DNA of 64,000 nucleotides. Source: Lama guanicoe. Its lineage: Eukaryota. Both the position numbers and the translations under genes were made by a program. Position 1 is the stretch's first letter. Every line of letters begins with the position of its first letter. Of this stretch, positions 51,642 through 64,000 are shown piece after piece. The notes below the pieces were generated by a model. It had not been told where the DNA came from. It saw nothing but the letters and a program-made list of their open reading frames with translations, and did no database searches. The stretch covers positions 548,132 to 612,131 of the forward strand of contig MU053911.1 in the NCBI GenBank assembly GCA_013239625.1, in the 5' to 3' direction.

Positions 51642-52230
51642 AAAAAAAGTATCTCACATGTTCTCTCTCTTCTCATGAATTGCACGTAATGCAATCTCTA
51701 TTAAGTGGGGATTTTTCATCAGAGTGGTTTCAGATTTTCTATTTCATTTTCCCTCTTTTCTGCTATTACTTAAGGATTGCACACTTAGGCTAGGCAAAAA
51801 GCAGACTTTAATCAGAGTGGGCATTTTTCCAAAGTACTCTTCAGTCTGGATCATGAAAATGAGGCAACATGCATGGCACAGACCCCGGGTGTTTTTAAAG
51901 TAGGTGACATAACACACACCCCACGAGCTAGGTTATGATGTGTTAACGGGGAAGAACACTGAGGCTTCAAAAAACCTAATGGCTGTTGGTGAATATGATT
52001 TAATCTTTAAGACCCAGGAGGAAGAAAGTCGAGCCCCTTGGAAACCGACTCTGTAAGGGTGTATTTCTATGTTTACACACGTGTGGAACTCCACACAGCT
52101 TACAGACATGCGTCTACATACACAAAGACAAAGCGACGGCCTTTCAGGGTGAAAACTTGGGAAAAGGGCACCAGGGAGGTTTCCTACCAGGGACGTAAAT
52201 GAAGTCCCTGGAAATGAACCCTGGCTCTAC

Positions 52231-52284
52231 ACACAAACCTGTTCAAACCTTAACTGACACAAACCTGTTCAAACCTTAACTGAC
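52231..52284. repeat. Perfect 26-bp tandem duplication
   Basis: ACACAAACCTGTTCAAACCTTAACTG x2. Confidence 0.97.
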
Positions 52285-55200
52285 TGGATCAAGTTATTTC
52301 ACTCGGATGAATGCGACAAGGATGCTCATGAAAACAGCTCTACTGGAGGCCGTGAGTGATGGCGCCACAGGAGGTGAAACGAAAACTGACACAACATTGT
52401 AACCTATTTGTCAATTTAAAAAATATCTGAAATAGAATAAAAAACAGCAACTTCTAAAATTAGTTTTAAAGATGCTGCGACAAGCTGGATATTCAGAGAA
52501 CATGCCAGCCAGGCTTAGAACTGAACAGATATTTGAAATCAGCCCTTTGTGAGAAATTGAAGCATCTGTCACTGCCGAAGTGTGGGTTTGCTGTCTGTGA
52601 TGTACTTTCAGTACTGCCTCCCTCCCCGCGTCACACACTGAACCCGGGCGCAGACCCACATCACGATGTGGCTGCAGACACATCACCCACCTGGTTTGCC
52701 TGATTTTCTCACCCTGCAGTAAGAACATTTAAATAGATGATCTTAAGAGTCACAGACTTCAGGGGTTTTCAAATATAGAATTCATTTACTCTAAGCCAGA
52801 GAGACTCGGCAAAATAAGGGCAAATACAAAAACAAGTGTTTGATGACTACATCAAAACCTGTACATTTGAGTGAGTGCCATCTTTATAAATACTGGTGCT
52901 ACTACTACTAAAATGGCCAGACTGAAGTCGTGCTAACCGCATGCCAGACGCGGTCCTCTGCCCTGTATGTGCTAATCCTCATACGCATCAGTGCTCGTTA
53001 ACAATATTAATGTGTGTGCGTATTAATCCTCACAGAAGACCCATGAGGCAGTTACATGAACTGAGAGGCAAGCCCAGTCAGACAGCAGAGTATGTGCGTC
53101 ACCACCACGACCTCCTGCCTCTCTCAGCCGCATCCTCCGTCCTGCTGAGGTGGACTAAACCACGTTCTGGGACACCTGCTTCCCTCCTCTGCCCTCAGCT
53201 GTGCCAGAACCCCTTCCCCCAATTCTGTATGCGTGGACTCTAACCACCCGCGGGACCACATCTCAGCTCCGCTCCTGCCTGGAACCCGCCTCAACGCAGC
53301 CGTAGCGCATCGTGCTTAAAGGGTTGATGCTTTGTCTGGAGAACCGCACCTGGTTCTCTTTCATAGCTGCATCTTTAAAAGAATAAAAATAGTAATTACT
53401 CTTAGTTTTTGTTAGGGTTTCATCAAGCTTTGGTGGAACGACTAGTGTAGGAACAGCCCTAGAATCTCTTTAGAATAAGCATTTCCATCCTCGGGTCCAG
53501 ATATTTGTTAAAACCTAAGGCCTGTCCTTTGAGATTTCCGTACGTTATGATTATTTTTTTCAGTCAACTAACTTCCCCAAGGGTCTTCTCTCTGTAAAAC
53601 ACTGAAGGAGACGAGTGGACTGGTGGCACCTGTGTCCTTCCCACCCACTTCCCCCAGCTGCATGGTCTCCACACCGCTGCATCTGCCCGCCCCTGCCCTC
53701 CTGTGTATGTAAATGGACGGTAAGATCTCATTGTTTGGCTCCTCAGGGGTTCACTCAGGTGCAGCAGTGCCCAGCAGACCCGCCATTGATGTTTTATTTG
53801 AGACAACTCAGCTAGGATTTAGAAAGGAAAGAAAAAAAAAATTAAAGAAAAAAACCCCAAAGACCCTATTCTTCCATTGGGAAAGCAGGACCAGCAGTCA
53901 GATTCCCAGTAGCATGAATGGTGGGTCCATGTCCGAGTCTCCCCCACGTTCACTGGGGCTCAATGGGAAAATCTGACAGCCCCTTTCCTTAGAGCACACA
54001 CAGCAGCAGGAATCTGTCTTTTCAGGTTTTTCTGTATGTATCCTCCCCCAAATCCTGTATTTAAAGTGTCACGCTCATTAAATTTGATTAGAGCAAAGTT
54101 GAATGATTTTTAAAAACTCTCAGCTAATTGTTTCTTAATTAAGTTGGGTAATTTGTGATTCAAAAAGGATGTTAGATTTCTAGTCAGGTAGGACTCAGCT
54201 CACAGTTACTGATGGGGAATAAAAAGCAAGATACAGAATTGAGTTTCAGAAATCAATGCAAAATAATAAAAAATTAAAATGGAGAAGCAGGCTATCAATA
54301 GCACAGCTGTAACAAAGAGGAGGCTTGTTTTGTATTGATTAGCTCCTGGTAAATAATGCATCACTGCTTCCCGACAGTGCAGGCTGCAGCCAGTTGTTTG
54401 CTGTGGGGGTAGTGGGGCAGGCCGGAGCAATCAATACTGGAGCTGTAAACACCCTTGAAAACGCAGTTCCACAGCCCACATGGGAGCAGTCTGGGGGCTA
54501 CGAAGCTGGAGTGGCCTGGAACAGGGCACGCAGACCACTGCCTGCACAGTGTCTCGCAGCCCCCCAGAAAGAACCAAGATTCGATTTAAGATGTAACTAA
54601 CTCAGGACATCCTATCTGAACGCTCTCGTGCCTTCATCCACTACAGTTCATCTCCAATTCCACAACTTAAAGGTGGTTTGCAGAATTCACCAGCCCTTTG
54701 GAAGACACTGATGAGACCCACTTCCCCACTACAGTGTTAACTAGGTTGGCAGTCGTAGCCTCAAAAGATCAGCCTGCAGCAGACTCGCAGATTCTCCTCA
54801 GATTATTTCATAATTTAAAAGCCAGTGTATGCTGGAATTTAGACTAGGCACGTCATTGTCTTCAGGGTTCCCAATCCCAGCAATGCTGAAAACTTAGCAG
54901 CAGTGACCACTCATCTCCTGTGAGAATGACCACCCCCCAAACAGCACCCCATGCACCCAGGTCTCCCAGGAGGGCGCGCCAGGGATTGGGACGTGTCCTG
55001 TGGGGTCCTGACGGCCCAAAAGGAGTGCTGCTGCTTCTGCTGCTTAAAGGTTCTACGATTCTAGGCAAAGCCTTGACGTTTGTGGGGTCTTCGTCCACGA
55101 AACGAGGACACTAGCTTCTTCCCTTTCTGACGTAACAGGACTTCAGTGGGAAGCAAAGTGAGCTATTGCCCACTGTAAGCTATGAACCGAGTTCACATCC

Positions 55201-58084
55201 TTTTCTGAAAAAACAGACTAGAGAATCCTTCCAGGGAAGTAATGCTTTCCAGTGGTCATGGCTGAGGAAACCAAAGCTGAAAGTTAGATTCAGACCAGTA
55301 TCTTCCCCTACCAATTAGAGAATGTATTTCATGTTTATTTCATCATATTGTATTGGAGAAAGAATTTCAAGTGGTTTCAACATCGAGAAGCCGTACAAAG
55401 TAACGTGATAAAAATGTGGTGAGCAAAAATCAGAGAAACAAAGAAGGGTAGGAAAAAGCCAAGCCGGGAAGACGCAGGAAGTGATGACTACAACGTGGCT
55501 GCAGTGGCTGGGTTTAGCCACGCACCTTGTCACAAACCCAGCTGTGCCCTTGTCTTCCCAGCTCCACCTGGTAAGACAGTATCTTAGCTTAAAACCAGTT
55601 TCAGTCGAAGAATTTATACCTGAAAATTGGGAAATACCACAAATCAGAGCTTCTTTTTCCCCAGTAATCTAGTTGTGAAACCCTTGCCCACACCCCGGAC
55701 GGGCTGACCACCTGCCTGCACGCTCGAGAGAACCAAAGAAATGGGAGATTTTGTTTGTTCCACAGTTCAAAGTCAACAGGATGATGTTTATCTAATTTGT
55801 AAGCAGAATGTGTAACTTTCTTGTTACTAAGCATAGGTACTTCTAGCTTGGGGTTCTCACAAAGAAAAGTACTACATGAGGTCATGGGAAACTGTCACCA
55901 ATGTCCTGGTCTCCCACCAAATTAAACAAAAACACTCATCTGTGAGTAGTGCGGCTCTAACATCGCACTGTGAAATTGCCTATCGTGCCACCAGCGATAA
56001 AGGGAGCCAGGCAATACTTGTTTTTCACGAAAGAGCACAAAAAGTGTTTTTTTTTTTTTACATCACACTATTCAAGACAGTTAAAAAGTCTAAACACCCC
56101 GAGCAACTAATCTATACAGAGACCGAGTGCTCGCTACTCCTGCCTTTGGTAACTGTCAGGAAACGTTGCAGTGGTTTACAACTCGCTCGCGCTCGCTCTC
56201 TGCCTGTATGTATACATATATACACTGAAATACTGGACATGTTTGAAGTCCAATTTTTATCCTTACTAGATAGAGAAGCCAGTATTCAAAAATCTTCATT
56301 TTAACTGTGTGTTTGTGTTTTTTTAGATTTACCTGTCCCTGTAGGGCAATATTTTGTCTTTCATTAAACCAGTGTTTGTAGAAGTGTAGAGAAGGGAAAA
56401 GAAATTCCATGATACTTGATAGATCGCTAACATATCCTATAAGCGGATTTATTTTAGCCAAATTTTTTCTGTTCTTCAGTTCTTTTCTGATTTTAGTATG
56501 AGCGTTATTTGCTCAGACAAGGGTGTCAGTGACACTGGAATTTCAGAAAAAGGCAAAAACACTTGTCAACACTTTTGCTTTCTTTCATTCTCTTTTATGC
56601 ATTGCAAACGCACCCATCCCATCAGAACAAAGCCAGCACACCTACCTTCCTGCCACTCACTTGTAACACTCAATTTCCAACTTCATCCTTTACTCTGCTA
56701 ACTGTTAAGCTACAACCCATTCACACTCCTGATGAAAGGAGCTGCTTAAAGTATTGGACAATCATCAACTCTGCCTCTTTTACATGACAAAGAGACCTTT
56801 CAGGGGTTTGGCAAGTACCTTACCAATTAAAGGGATACAATATATTTTTTTAAAGCATTACTAGTTGTGGAAAAACAAAAAGTACTCATTGTAAGAAATT
56901 TTTAATTAACAAAATGTACCCCCCAAAAGCTATAAAATAAAATTACATCACAAAGGGATAAGCACCACTAATACTTCAAAATTAGTCATATTAATACCTC
57001 TATACATATACTTAGAAACATGCCTTCAATCTTACAGGATTGTAATATGGTTGTTGCACTGTAAGGGTTTTAGCTGACAATTTTGTGTTTCTTTATGGTA
57101 TTCGTTTTAAAAGTTGATTTTTGGCTATTATTGGTGATGGAATCCCACAGTTCACTGCTTCAAAAAAATTCTTACGCATTTTACTTAGGAATAAATTTAA
57201 CACTCTGGTTAGGAGATTCCAAAGTCCTTTATCATTCATAATGTTGCTAGACCACCCCTCTGAGGTAGGAACAAGGCTGGGTCCAAGAGGAGCTCGCAGT
57301 GTTTGTTTCATGTCCCACAATAGAGACTTCTACAGAAGCTGGTGAGTCACACAGAAAGCTCGAGTGCCAACAAGTTCTGCCTCCAGGTACGTGCGAAGCA
57401 CCCACCACTGCTGAGTTTACACTTGTATACAGGGTGGGTCTGAGCACCCAATGGTCCTGCCTTCGAAGAGCTGAGATGAATAGCGAGATAAATGCAAAAT
57501 AAGAAAATTCAAAATCATAGAAAGGAGAACTGAACCAAGACTAATGGGTAGAACCGAGAGAATGTGATGGTTGGTTGAGTGAAGGAGGGTTTCTCAAATG
57601 AAGTTTGAAGTTTCCATCTGAAGAGACTCATCAAATGAACGGGTAATCCAGATAGAGAGAGGGCGGACCTGGTGGGAGAACAAGACCTCAGCTTTGGACG
57701 ACATCAGTTGAAGATACCTCTGGGATTTAAGATTTTGGGGGGGAATCACCTGTTAAGTATTTTTACAATTTAGAACAACAACAAGAAAAAAATGCCTATG
57801 AGATTTCCAGGATCAAATAGCCAGTATTTAAAAACACAGTTGTAGATTTCAGGAGCATTCAGACCTGGAAACCAAGAGGTCCCTGTAGCTGCTCTTGCCC
57901 AGTATGCACTGCCTGCTGAATCCGTGGTCCTCACAGGACCTCCTTCTCACAAGCCACTCCAGCTGTTCATCCTTGGTCTCTGGCTTCCGTCTTCTCAGCG
58001 TATCCAACTGCATTTTTCACTTGAAGGGAAGTGGCTGTGGAAACTCTCTAGGGTCTTTGCACTGCTGTTGGGGCCCCTTATTTT

Positions 58085-58650
58085 CTGCAACAAATACTGA
58101 AATAAAACAGAGCTCTCCCTGAAAATCAGAATATTCTGTTCAAATAGTTTGTTGTCACATTTGTATCAACCCATCCATACGGAACCTTGTTTCATGTCTT
58201 TGTTTTCAAGATACCTTATTTCATGTATGTTGATTCATTAACCTTGACCTCATGGCCAAAAGAGTATAACCCAAGCCAGAATGAATAAAAATACACGTAT
58301 TTTCTCTTTAGGACTCATCACAACCTTCCTGTTTTTAGGACCGTTGGATAAGGTTTCAGTACTACGCTTGAAGGCCTTTTTCAACAGTGAAATCACCATC
58401 AACCAAATAAATGCAAAAAAAAAAAAACCCACTAAAAATAGAGCATGCGCTTACTGCATGAGGGCTGAAACAAGAGGGCAAAGTGTCCCCTTGCTGAGCC
58501 AGAGCTGGGAGAGCGTGGCTGGGCAACGTGCACACTGCACATGATGTGACAGCCCTGCTCACACTGATGCTGTGGCCGCAGGTGTCTCAGCAAGCGGGTG
58601 AACCAGCAGGGTAGACGTCGCTGGGCAGACGTCGTGAGTAATGGAGTCCA
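58085..58650. mobile_element. MER82 (Tigger-family) DNA transposon
   Basis: GTTGATTCATTAACCTTGACCTCATGGCCAA...ACACGTATTTTCTC...AACAGTGAAATCACC...GCTGAAACAAGAGGGCAAAG match recalled MER82 consensus. Confidence 0.75.
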
Positions 58651-58699
58651 TCAGTGGACGAGAAGGCTCTGGTCAGACACCAACCACCACATAGCACAG

Positions 58700-60750
58700 A
58701 GGAAAAGGAGCAGCTTTCAGGCTGAGTAGGACCTCAGTAGACATGAGGGATTCTCTGTAAGGTCAGAAGGAACATCCAGAAAGCAGTCTACCAAACAATT
58801 CTCAGTCAACACAGAGATGGAAATAATCTTTTTTTTTCAGTCAGAGAAGAGACCTCATAAGACCCAAAATGTTAGGAAGAGAGCTCACAAGGGCGTGTCC
58901 GCTGCAGTGTGCACAGTTAGGCCAAGACTAGAGACAGCTGTGCATGTGCAGTAACCAAAAAGCATCCTTACAGGGTCCAACCAATCTGCAAGCAACTTCA
59001 TGTCAGTACAATAGGACGAAAGCAAATTCGGTGCTCAACACATAAATTCACCATGTCTGGTAACCAGTAGGAACTTACCAGGCACACACAAAGCAGCAGA
59101 AATATACTTATAAGAGGAGGAAAATTAATAAGAACAGATGGGAAGGGTAGAGACAATGATCTAAAACAGCCATTTGAAGTATCAATACGCTTGATATAAA
59201 GGAAAGTATAAACATGAGGAAGGAAATGTAATAAAAGTAACTCCAATGGAAATTTCAGAGATGAAAAATTCAAAATCCAATAGAATGCATAGGGGGAATT
59301 GACAGTCAAATCACAGCTACTTCAAATGCTTCTCCCTCAGTAATGGCTACAACAGCAGACAAGCAGACCCCAAGCTCTGGCAGTACAGCCCAACTGCTGT
59401 GAAAGAAGTTGAACTAGTGGAAAATGCTCTGCAAAGAAAGCACCGGTCTCAGGTCGCTTCATCAGTAAGGAGTAAGAAATGTTTAAGAGGAAGTATACCA
59501 GGTCTGTAGACACTCTTTGAAAAAGCAGCACTGGGGGGAGTACCTCCCGATCTGTTTAATCAGGCAGCATTACTTCACTAGGAAAACCAATTCTAAAAAA
59601 ACAGAATAAAGAGAATAAAAATAAATACAAAAAGTTGTAGCAGAGTATTAACAAAACACAGCAATATAGAAAACATATAGCATGACTAACAGTGGGAGAT
59701 TCTACCAGACAATGCAATATTTGATATTCAAAAATAAAAGTAGCATAAATATACCAATGGGACAAAGAAATAGCATACGATCATCTCATTAGGTGTACCT
59801 AAGCATTTGGGAAAATTCCAACACATGTTCATCAAAAATTCTTGGCAAGATATGGCAATATATGAATAGAAGTGAACTTCTTCAAACTGATAAAAGAGCC
59901 ATAAAATCTGCAGTTAGCATCTTACTTAAGAGTGAGATACTGACTTCTTTGATCCCTAAGGCTGAGAACCAGGTGAGAGTCTACCCCAGCTCTGCAGTGA
60001 GAGCACGAGCTCGGTCAGAGTGATAAGGCAATGGAAAAACACCAAAAGCAGGTGGATAGACAAAGAAGTGAAGCTTCTGTATTTGGAAACAACGTGCCTA
60101 TCTAGAAAAGCGTAAGTAACCTATAAACCAGCTCTTAAAATGAGTTTACCAAAGTCACAGCATACAAAAATCAACTAATTTCCATATACCATAAATGGAG
60201 TTCATACACATTATTTACAATTACAACAAAAATGAAATGCTTATGATCCAAAGATTCAACACAACCACAATCATAATAGCAATAGAACGTATGACAAGCT
60301 GATGTAAGTCTTTATGGAAATTCACTGAATCCAAAGTAGCCAGAAAAAAAATTGAGAAAGCAGATTTGGAGGACTTCCATACCTGCTTTCAAGACTTAAC
60401 CATAAAGCCACAGTAATCAGGACAGTGTGTTACTAATGTAAGAACAAATCAATGCAGCAAGAGGGTCCAGAAATAGACCCACTCTGACATAGTTAACTGA
60501 TTTCTGACACAAGCATTAAAGCACTTCAAAAGCAGTTTTTCAATAAATAATGCTGAAACAGGACAGGCCCATGATACAAAAAGAACCTCAATTACCTTAC
60601 ATCCTATATGAAAATTAACATGTGCTATGAACCTCAATGGAAGAGTGAGAGTTGTGTAAGGAAACAGGAAAACATCTTTGTGACCTTGGGTCAGGCAAAG
60701 ATGTCCAAAAGGACACAAAAAGCCTGAACTATGTATTTGTAATTTGGACT
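58700..60750 (+). mobile_element. Old L1M remnant (partial ORF1/ORF2)
   Basis: ORF2 motifs: AAGCATTTGGGAAAATTCCAACAC, CATACAAAAATCAACT, CATAAAGCCACAGTAATCAGGACAGTGTG, GTCCAGAAATAGACCCAC. Confidence 0.8.
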
Positions 60751-62943
60751 CCAACAACACTGGGATTTTGGCTGAGGCTGGGAGTCCAGGTGCCTTGGGG
60801 CCATCCTTCCAAATGCTCAGGCAGTCGCTCCCCTGAGGACTTGCATGTGAGGGTGGACCAGCACAGGAACAGGCCCCAGTCCTGGAGGACTCTGCAGACA
60901 TCTTGAGCCACGTCACTTCTCCCTCCGGTCCTCAGCTCCCAGCCCTCTTTTCCACGCCGTGTCCTTCGTACACTCTTCAGGCTTTCCCACAGATAGATGG
61001 TCTCTGATAAGCCCTTTATGTCCTGTGACAGGCAAAGGCATACAAGGGCTTAAAAGATTGCTTGGAATGGAAGTCAAACTATACAGGGGAAAAGCACAAA
61101 CAGCTTTTATTCTTAGTTCTGTGAGGATGAACAGAAAGTAAACACTAGTATCTGAATGTATTTTCCTTCTGTATTCTCATAGTTTCGTTTACAGTCTTCA
61201 ATTAATGTATCACATCTATATTCTTGGCCTTGGGTCCCAGTAACATTTCTTTGAAATCTTCTGAACACAGAATTCCTGAACTAACCTTTTTCCCCTAGGA
61301 AGTATATATTTTAGTTGAATAAACTACTTTGATTTTGTAACACTGAAAAACCAAGTATGCAGAGATTAGTAGGTTCTTGAAAAATTGTAAGTATTTTAAG
61401 ATGTATTTGGTTCACAGAGTAACTCGGTTTCCCTCCCACCCTTGGCATTTGCCTCATTCTTCACAAACCACTGCTCTTAAATTATATGCTGTCCACAAGG
61501 GACAGGATATAATGGACAGTTGGTCACAGCAGACAAAAACAGACTTGCCCAACAACATATTACATTCATGGCATTCTTCTCTTGTTTATGACAAGTTCTG
61601 GCTGCATTTGACTAGTTCGGAGTTTTCCCATATATTGGTTTTTTAAAAAAAATTAGAATGTTTTTAAGGTTAGCTACAGCAATTGTAATGTAATATAATT
61701 TGATTTTACATAGTACACTTAGAAACTGAATTATAGTAACTGCTCTAATTTGTGGGATACCAGAAAGTTACGTGCAACTTTCCAAATTAAACCGATAGAC
61801 CAAATCCTGCCACAAGATCCTGGCCTCAGTAGACTGCCTCCTGCACGTGACTCTGTGGGACAGCACTTAGGAATCGTGTCAAATTCAAACACTGGAATAC
61901 AACCAGAAGAAAACCTACTTTGTCTAGTTGACGGTGGTCTGCATCTCTGCTTTTAGATTTTTCTGGTGCTTGTAAAAAATGGCAACATGATATCCCAGGA
62001 ACGTGGGTGAGCAGAACACTGGGAAAGCTAAGTGCTAGCTGGTCTGCCCACCAGAGAGCTGTCAACTTTGCACGTTTTTTTTTTTTTTTGACCTCGTTTT
62101 CATGGTAGAAGTAAAGGCTTAGACTAGGTAATGCCAAAACACCCTCTCAGCACTTCAATGTGAAAAATTATATAAACCAGCCATTATTCTCAGCATTTTA
62201 CATATTTCACTTGTGAACGCAGGCCTCAGAACCATCCCATGAAGCAGGATTTACATTACTATTTTGCAGATGAACAGAAGTGGTTCCATAAAACTGTTGG
62301 TTCAAAAGTCAAGCTGCCAAACATGTGACTGCTTTATTTGTATTTTGGACTTCCACCTTCCAACTCTGCTACTGCCCACCCCCACCGTGGCTTACCCCAC
62401 ATTCCCCTCTTCCACGCAGCCGTCGGAGTTGCCCCTTGGATGGCTAAAGCTCGGATTGGTGAGCACTTGCACAAAGGCACTGAAATTCAGGAGAGAAATG
62501 AAGACTAGGTAGAGACGTGGCTTTTGTCAGTTTCCAAGAGGATTTCGATCCTTGGCTGGGAACAAACTCTACCATAAGGATCATTTCCATTAGAAAATCT
62601 ACATTACTTTAAAATCGTTCACTGTAGACGGCACAGCGTACACAGAAGGGAATTTTGCTGAAAACGCATCTCTTACAAAGGCAGCCAGCGGCGTTGGAGA
62701 CCCCAACTGAAGTCACACTTCCCAGGCCCCACAAACATGTGCAGGGAATTCAGTGGATCAGGTTTCTAAACTCCTGGATAAGAGGCCGGGATGGAACGTG
62801 AGGTAAACTTACTCTTTTTGTAATTATGCCAACTTTACGAACATTGTACATTTCACTGTACCAGCAAAAATGCTTTTAATTTTATAACATTCTTGTTCCT
62901 TTTCCTAAAATGTGGTGAGTAATTTTAAAAAACATACAAATTT

Positions 62944-63076
62944 GGGGTAGCACATGCCTAGCATGCACGAGGTACTGGATTCAACCCCCGAAACCTCCAC
63001 TGAAATAAACCCAATTAACCTCCTCCGTAACCAAGTTTTTAAAATAGAGTAAGATTTTAAAATAAAAATAAAAGAC
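62944..63076 (+). mobile_element. Vic-1-like SINE, head partly deleted
   Basis: CACATGCCTAGCATGCACGAGGTACTGGATTCAACCCC; probable TSD AAAAAACATACAAATTT/AAAAAACATGAATTT. Confidence 0.8.
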
Positions 63077-63589
63077 AAAAAACATGAATTTAAGGTAATT
63101 CAGTGAGCATCTCGGCTCTTTAAAACACAGCTGATGCGGCGACAGCTTTTCCAGTGCGAGCATCGTCTTTGGTTCAAAGAGAAGAATCAGCTGGCTTTAT
63201 CTTCCCATTTGAGAACACAAGCCGACTCCAACTTACTGTTGCGCTGGCCCAAAATTCATGGTTAAATATTGACTTTAATAAAACTCCAACACTATTGGAG
63301 TATTTTTGATATTGCATAAATCTCAGAACCATCACAATTTCAATGGGGAAAGAGACCTTTGAAACAACTGTCCTTTGCATACAAAGACACTGAAACCCAG
63401 AAAGAGTAACACTTTCTGGAAAAAAAGTTACCCAGTCACACATACTTCTCAGGAAGATCATCAATTATTAGTGCTAAATGTGAAATAGACAACGGCAAAC
63501 ATTTCAGTGTCATTACTGGTTGATCATCTCCCCGACGAGACTGTATTTAGAGCCCAACTTCACTCCCAGAGGTTTTTGGTTGTCCTTAC

Positions 63590-63750
63590 CTTGCTCAGAA
63601 AGAGCCCCCCGAATTTCTGGGTGACTGGCTCTCGGGACGGCGCCGTTCCCAACGCGGCTCTACCTCCCGTCTCCAGACGCGCGCGCTGCGGCTGCCGCAG
63701 AACCCGTGCCCGTCGGACGCAGCCGGAAGGCACCCTCGTTTCATCTGGGA
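63590..63750 (-). other. Candidate first exon of a leftward, probably non-coding transcript (5' end undefined)
   Basis: Strong donor AAG|GTAAGG at the CpG island edge (intron would start at 63589). Confidence 0.35.
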
Positions 63751-64000
63751 TTTGTAAGGTCCTTACGACAGAGACGAGTTTCGGGCAGTAAACAAAGCCT
63801 GAATTACTAAGCCGAAGTGCGTGGCCTCACCCGCCAGTGACAAAGCACGGAGAACGCGAACAGCGAGGGCGCAGCCAGCGCGAGCCAGGCCACAGCACCC
63901 AGACGGCAGAGGGGCTGCCAAGCCCGGGGGGCGCTCGGCCAGGAGCGGACTCCCTGCGCACAGGCTCCGAAAACAAAAGCCGGTTAGTAACAGTCTCGGC
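63630..64000. promoter_or_regulatory. CpG island / probable promoter, continuing beyond the window
   Basis: Dense CpG (CGCGCGCG, GGACGGCGCCG), ETS-type CCGGAAG at 63723-63729, TGCGCA at 63955-63960, no recognisable repeat. Confidence 0.7.

Noticed and set aside
56333..56534. Minus-strand coding exon continuing from 57176
   Set aside because: The joined frame stops after about 19 codons and no frame resembles a known protein.

Overview
Mammalian, most likely camelid (Camelus/Vicugna/Lama), non-coding genomic DNA. The taxon call rests on seven tRNA-derived SINEs matching the camelid Vic-1 pattern (GGGGAGGGTATAGCTCAGTGGTAGAG...CACGAGGTCCTGGGTTCAAT). I recognise no protein-coding gene. The listed ORFs are chance ORFs or decayed transposon frames, and the only clear protein homology is a Tigger1/TIGD1 transposase N-terminal remnant near 17.2 kb. 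A large part of the window is interspersed repeat: L1 fragments of several ages, L2/MIR, four ERV1-type solo LTRs, MLT/ERVL remnants, and Tigger/hAT DNA transposon fossils. The window ends inside a CpG island with strong minus-strand splice donors just downstream, suggesting a leftward, probably non-coding transcript. Best structural observations: a ~185 bp templated copy of local sequence replacing part of an L1, a near-perfect 262 bp tandem duplication (possibly an assembly artefact), a 5'-inverted (twin-primed) L1 with TSD, a switch in L1 orientation across the window, and a repeated ATCAATA-n4-AGCTGTAA composite motif in enhancer-like DNA. I found no convincing new biological system. Repeat family names come from recalled consensus sequences, and most repeat boundaries are approximate.
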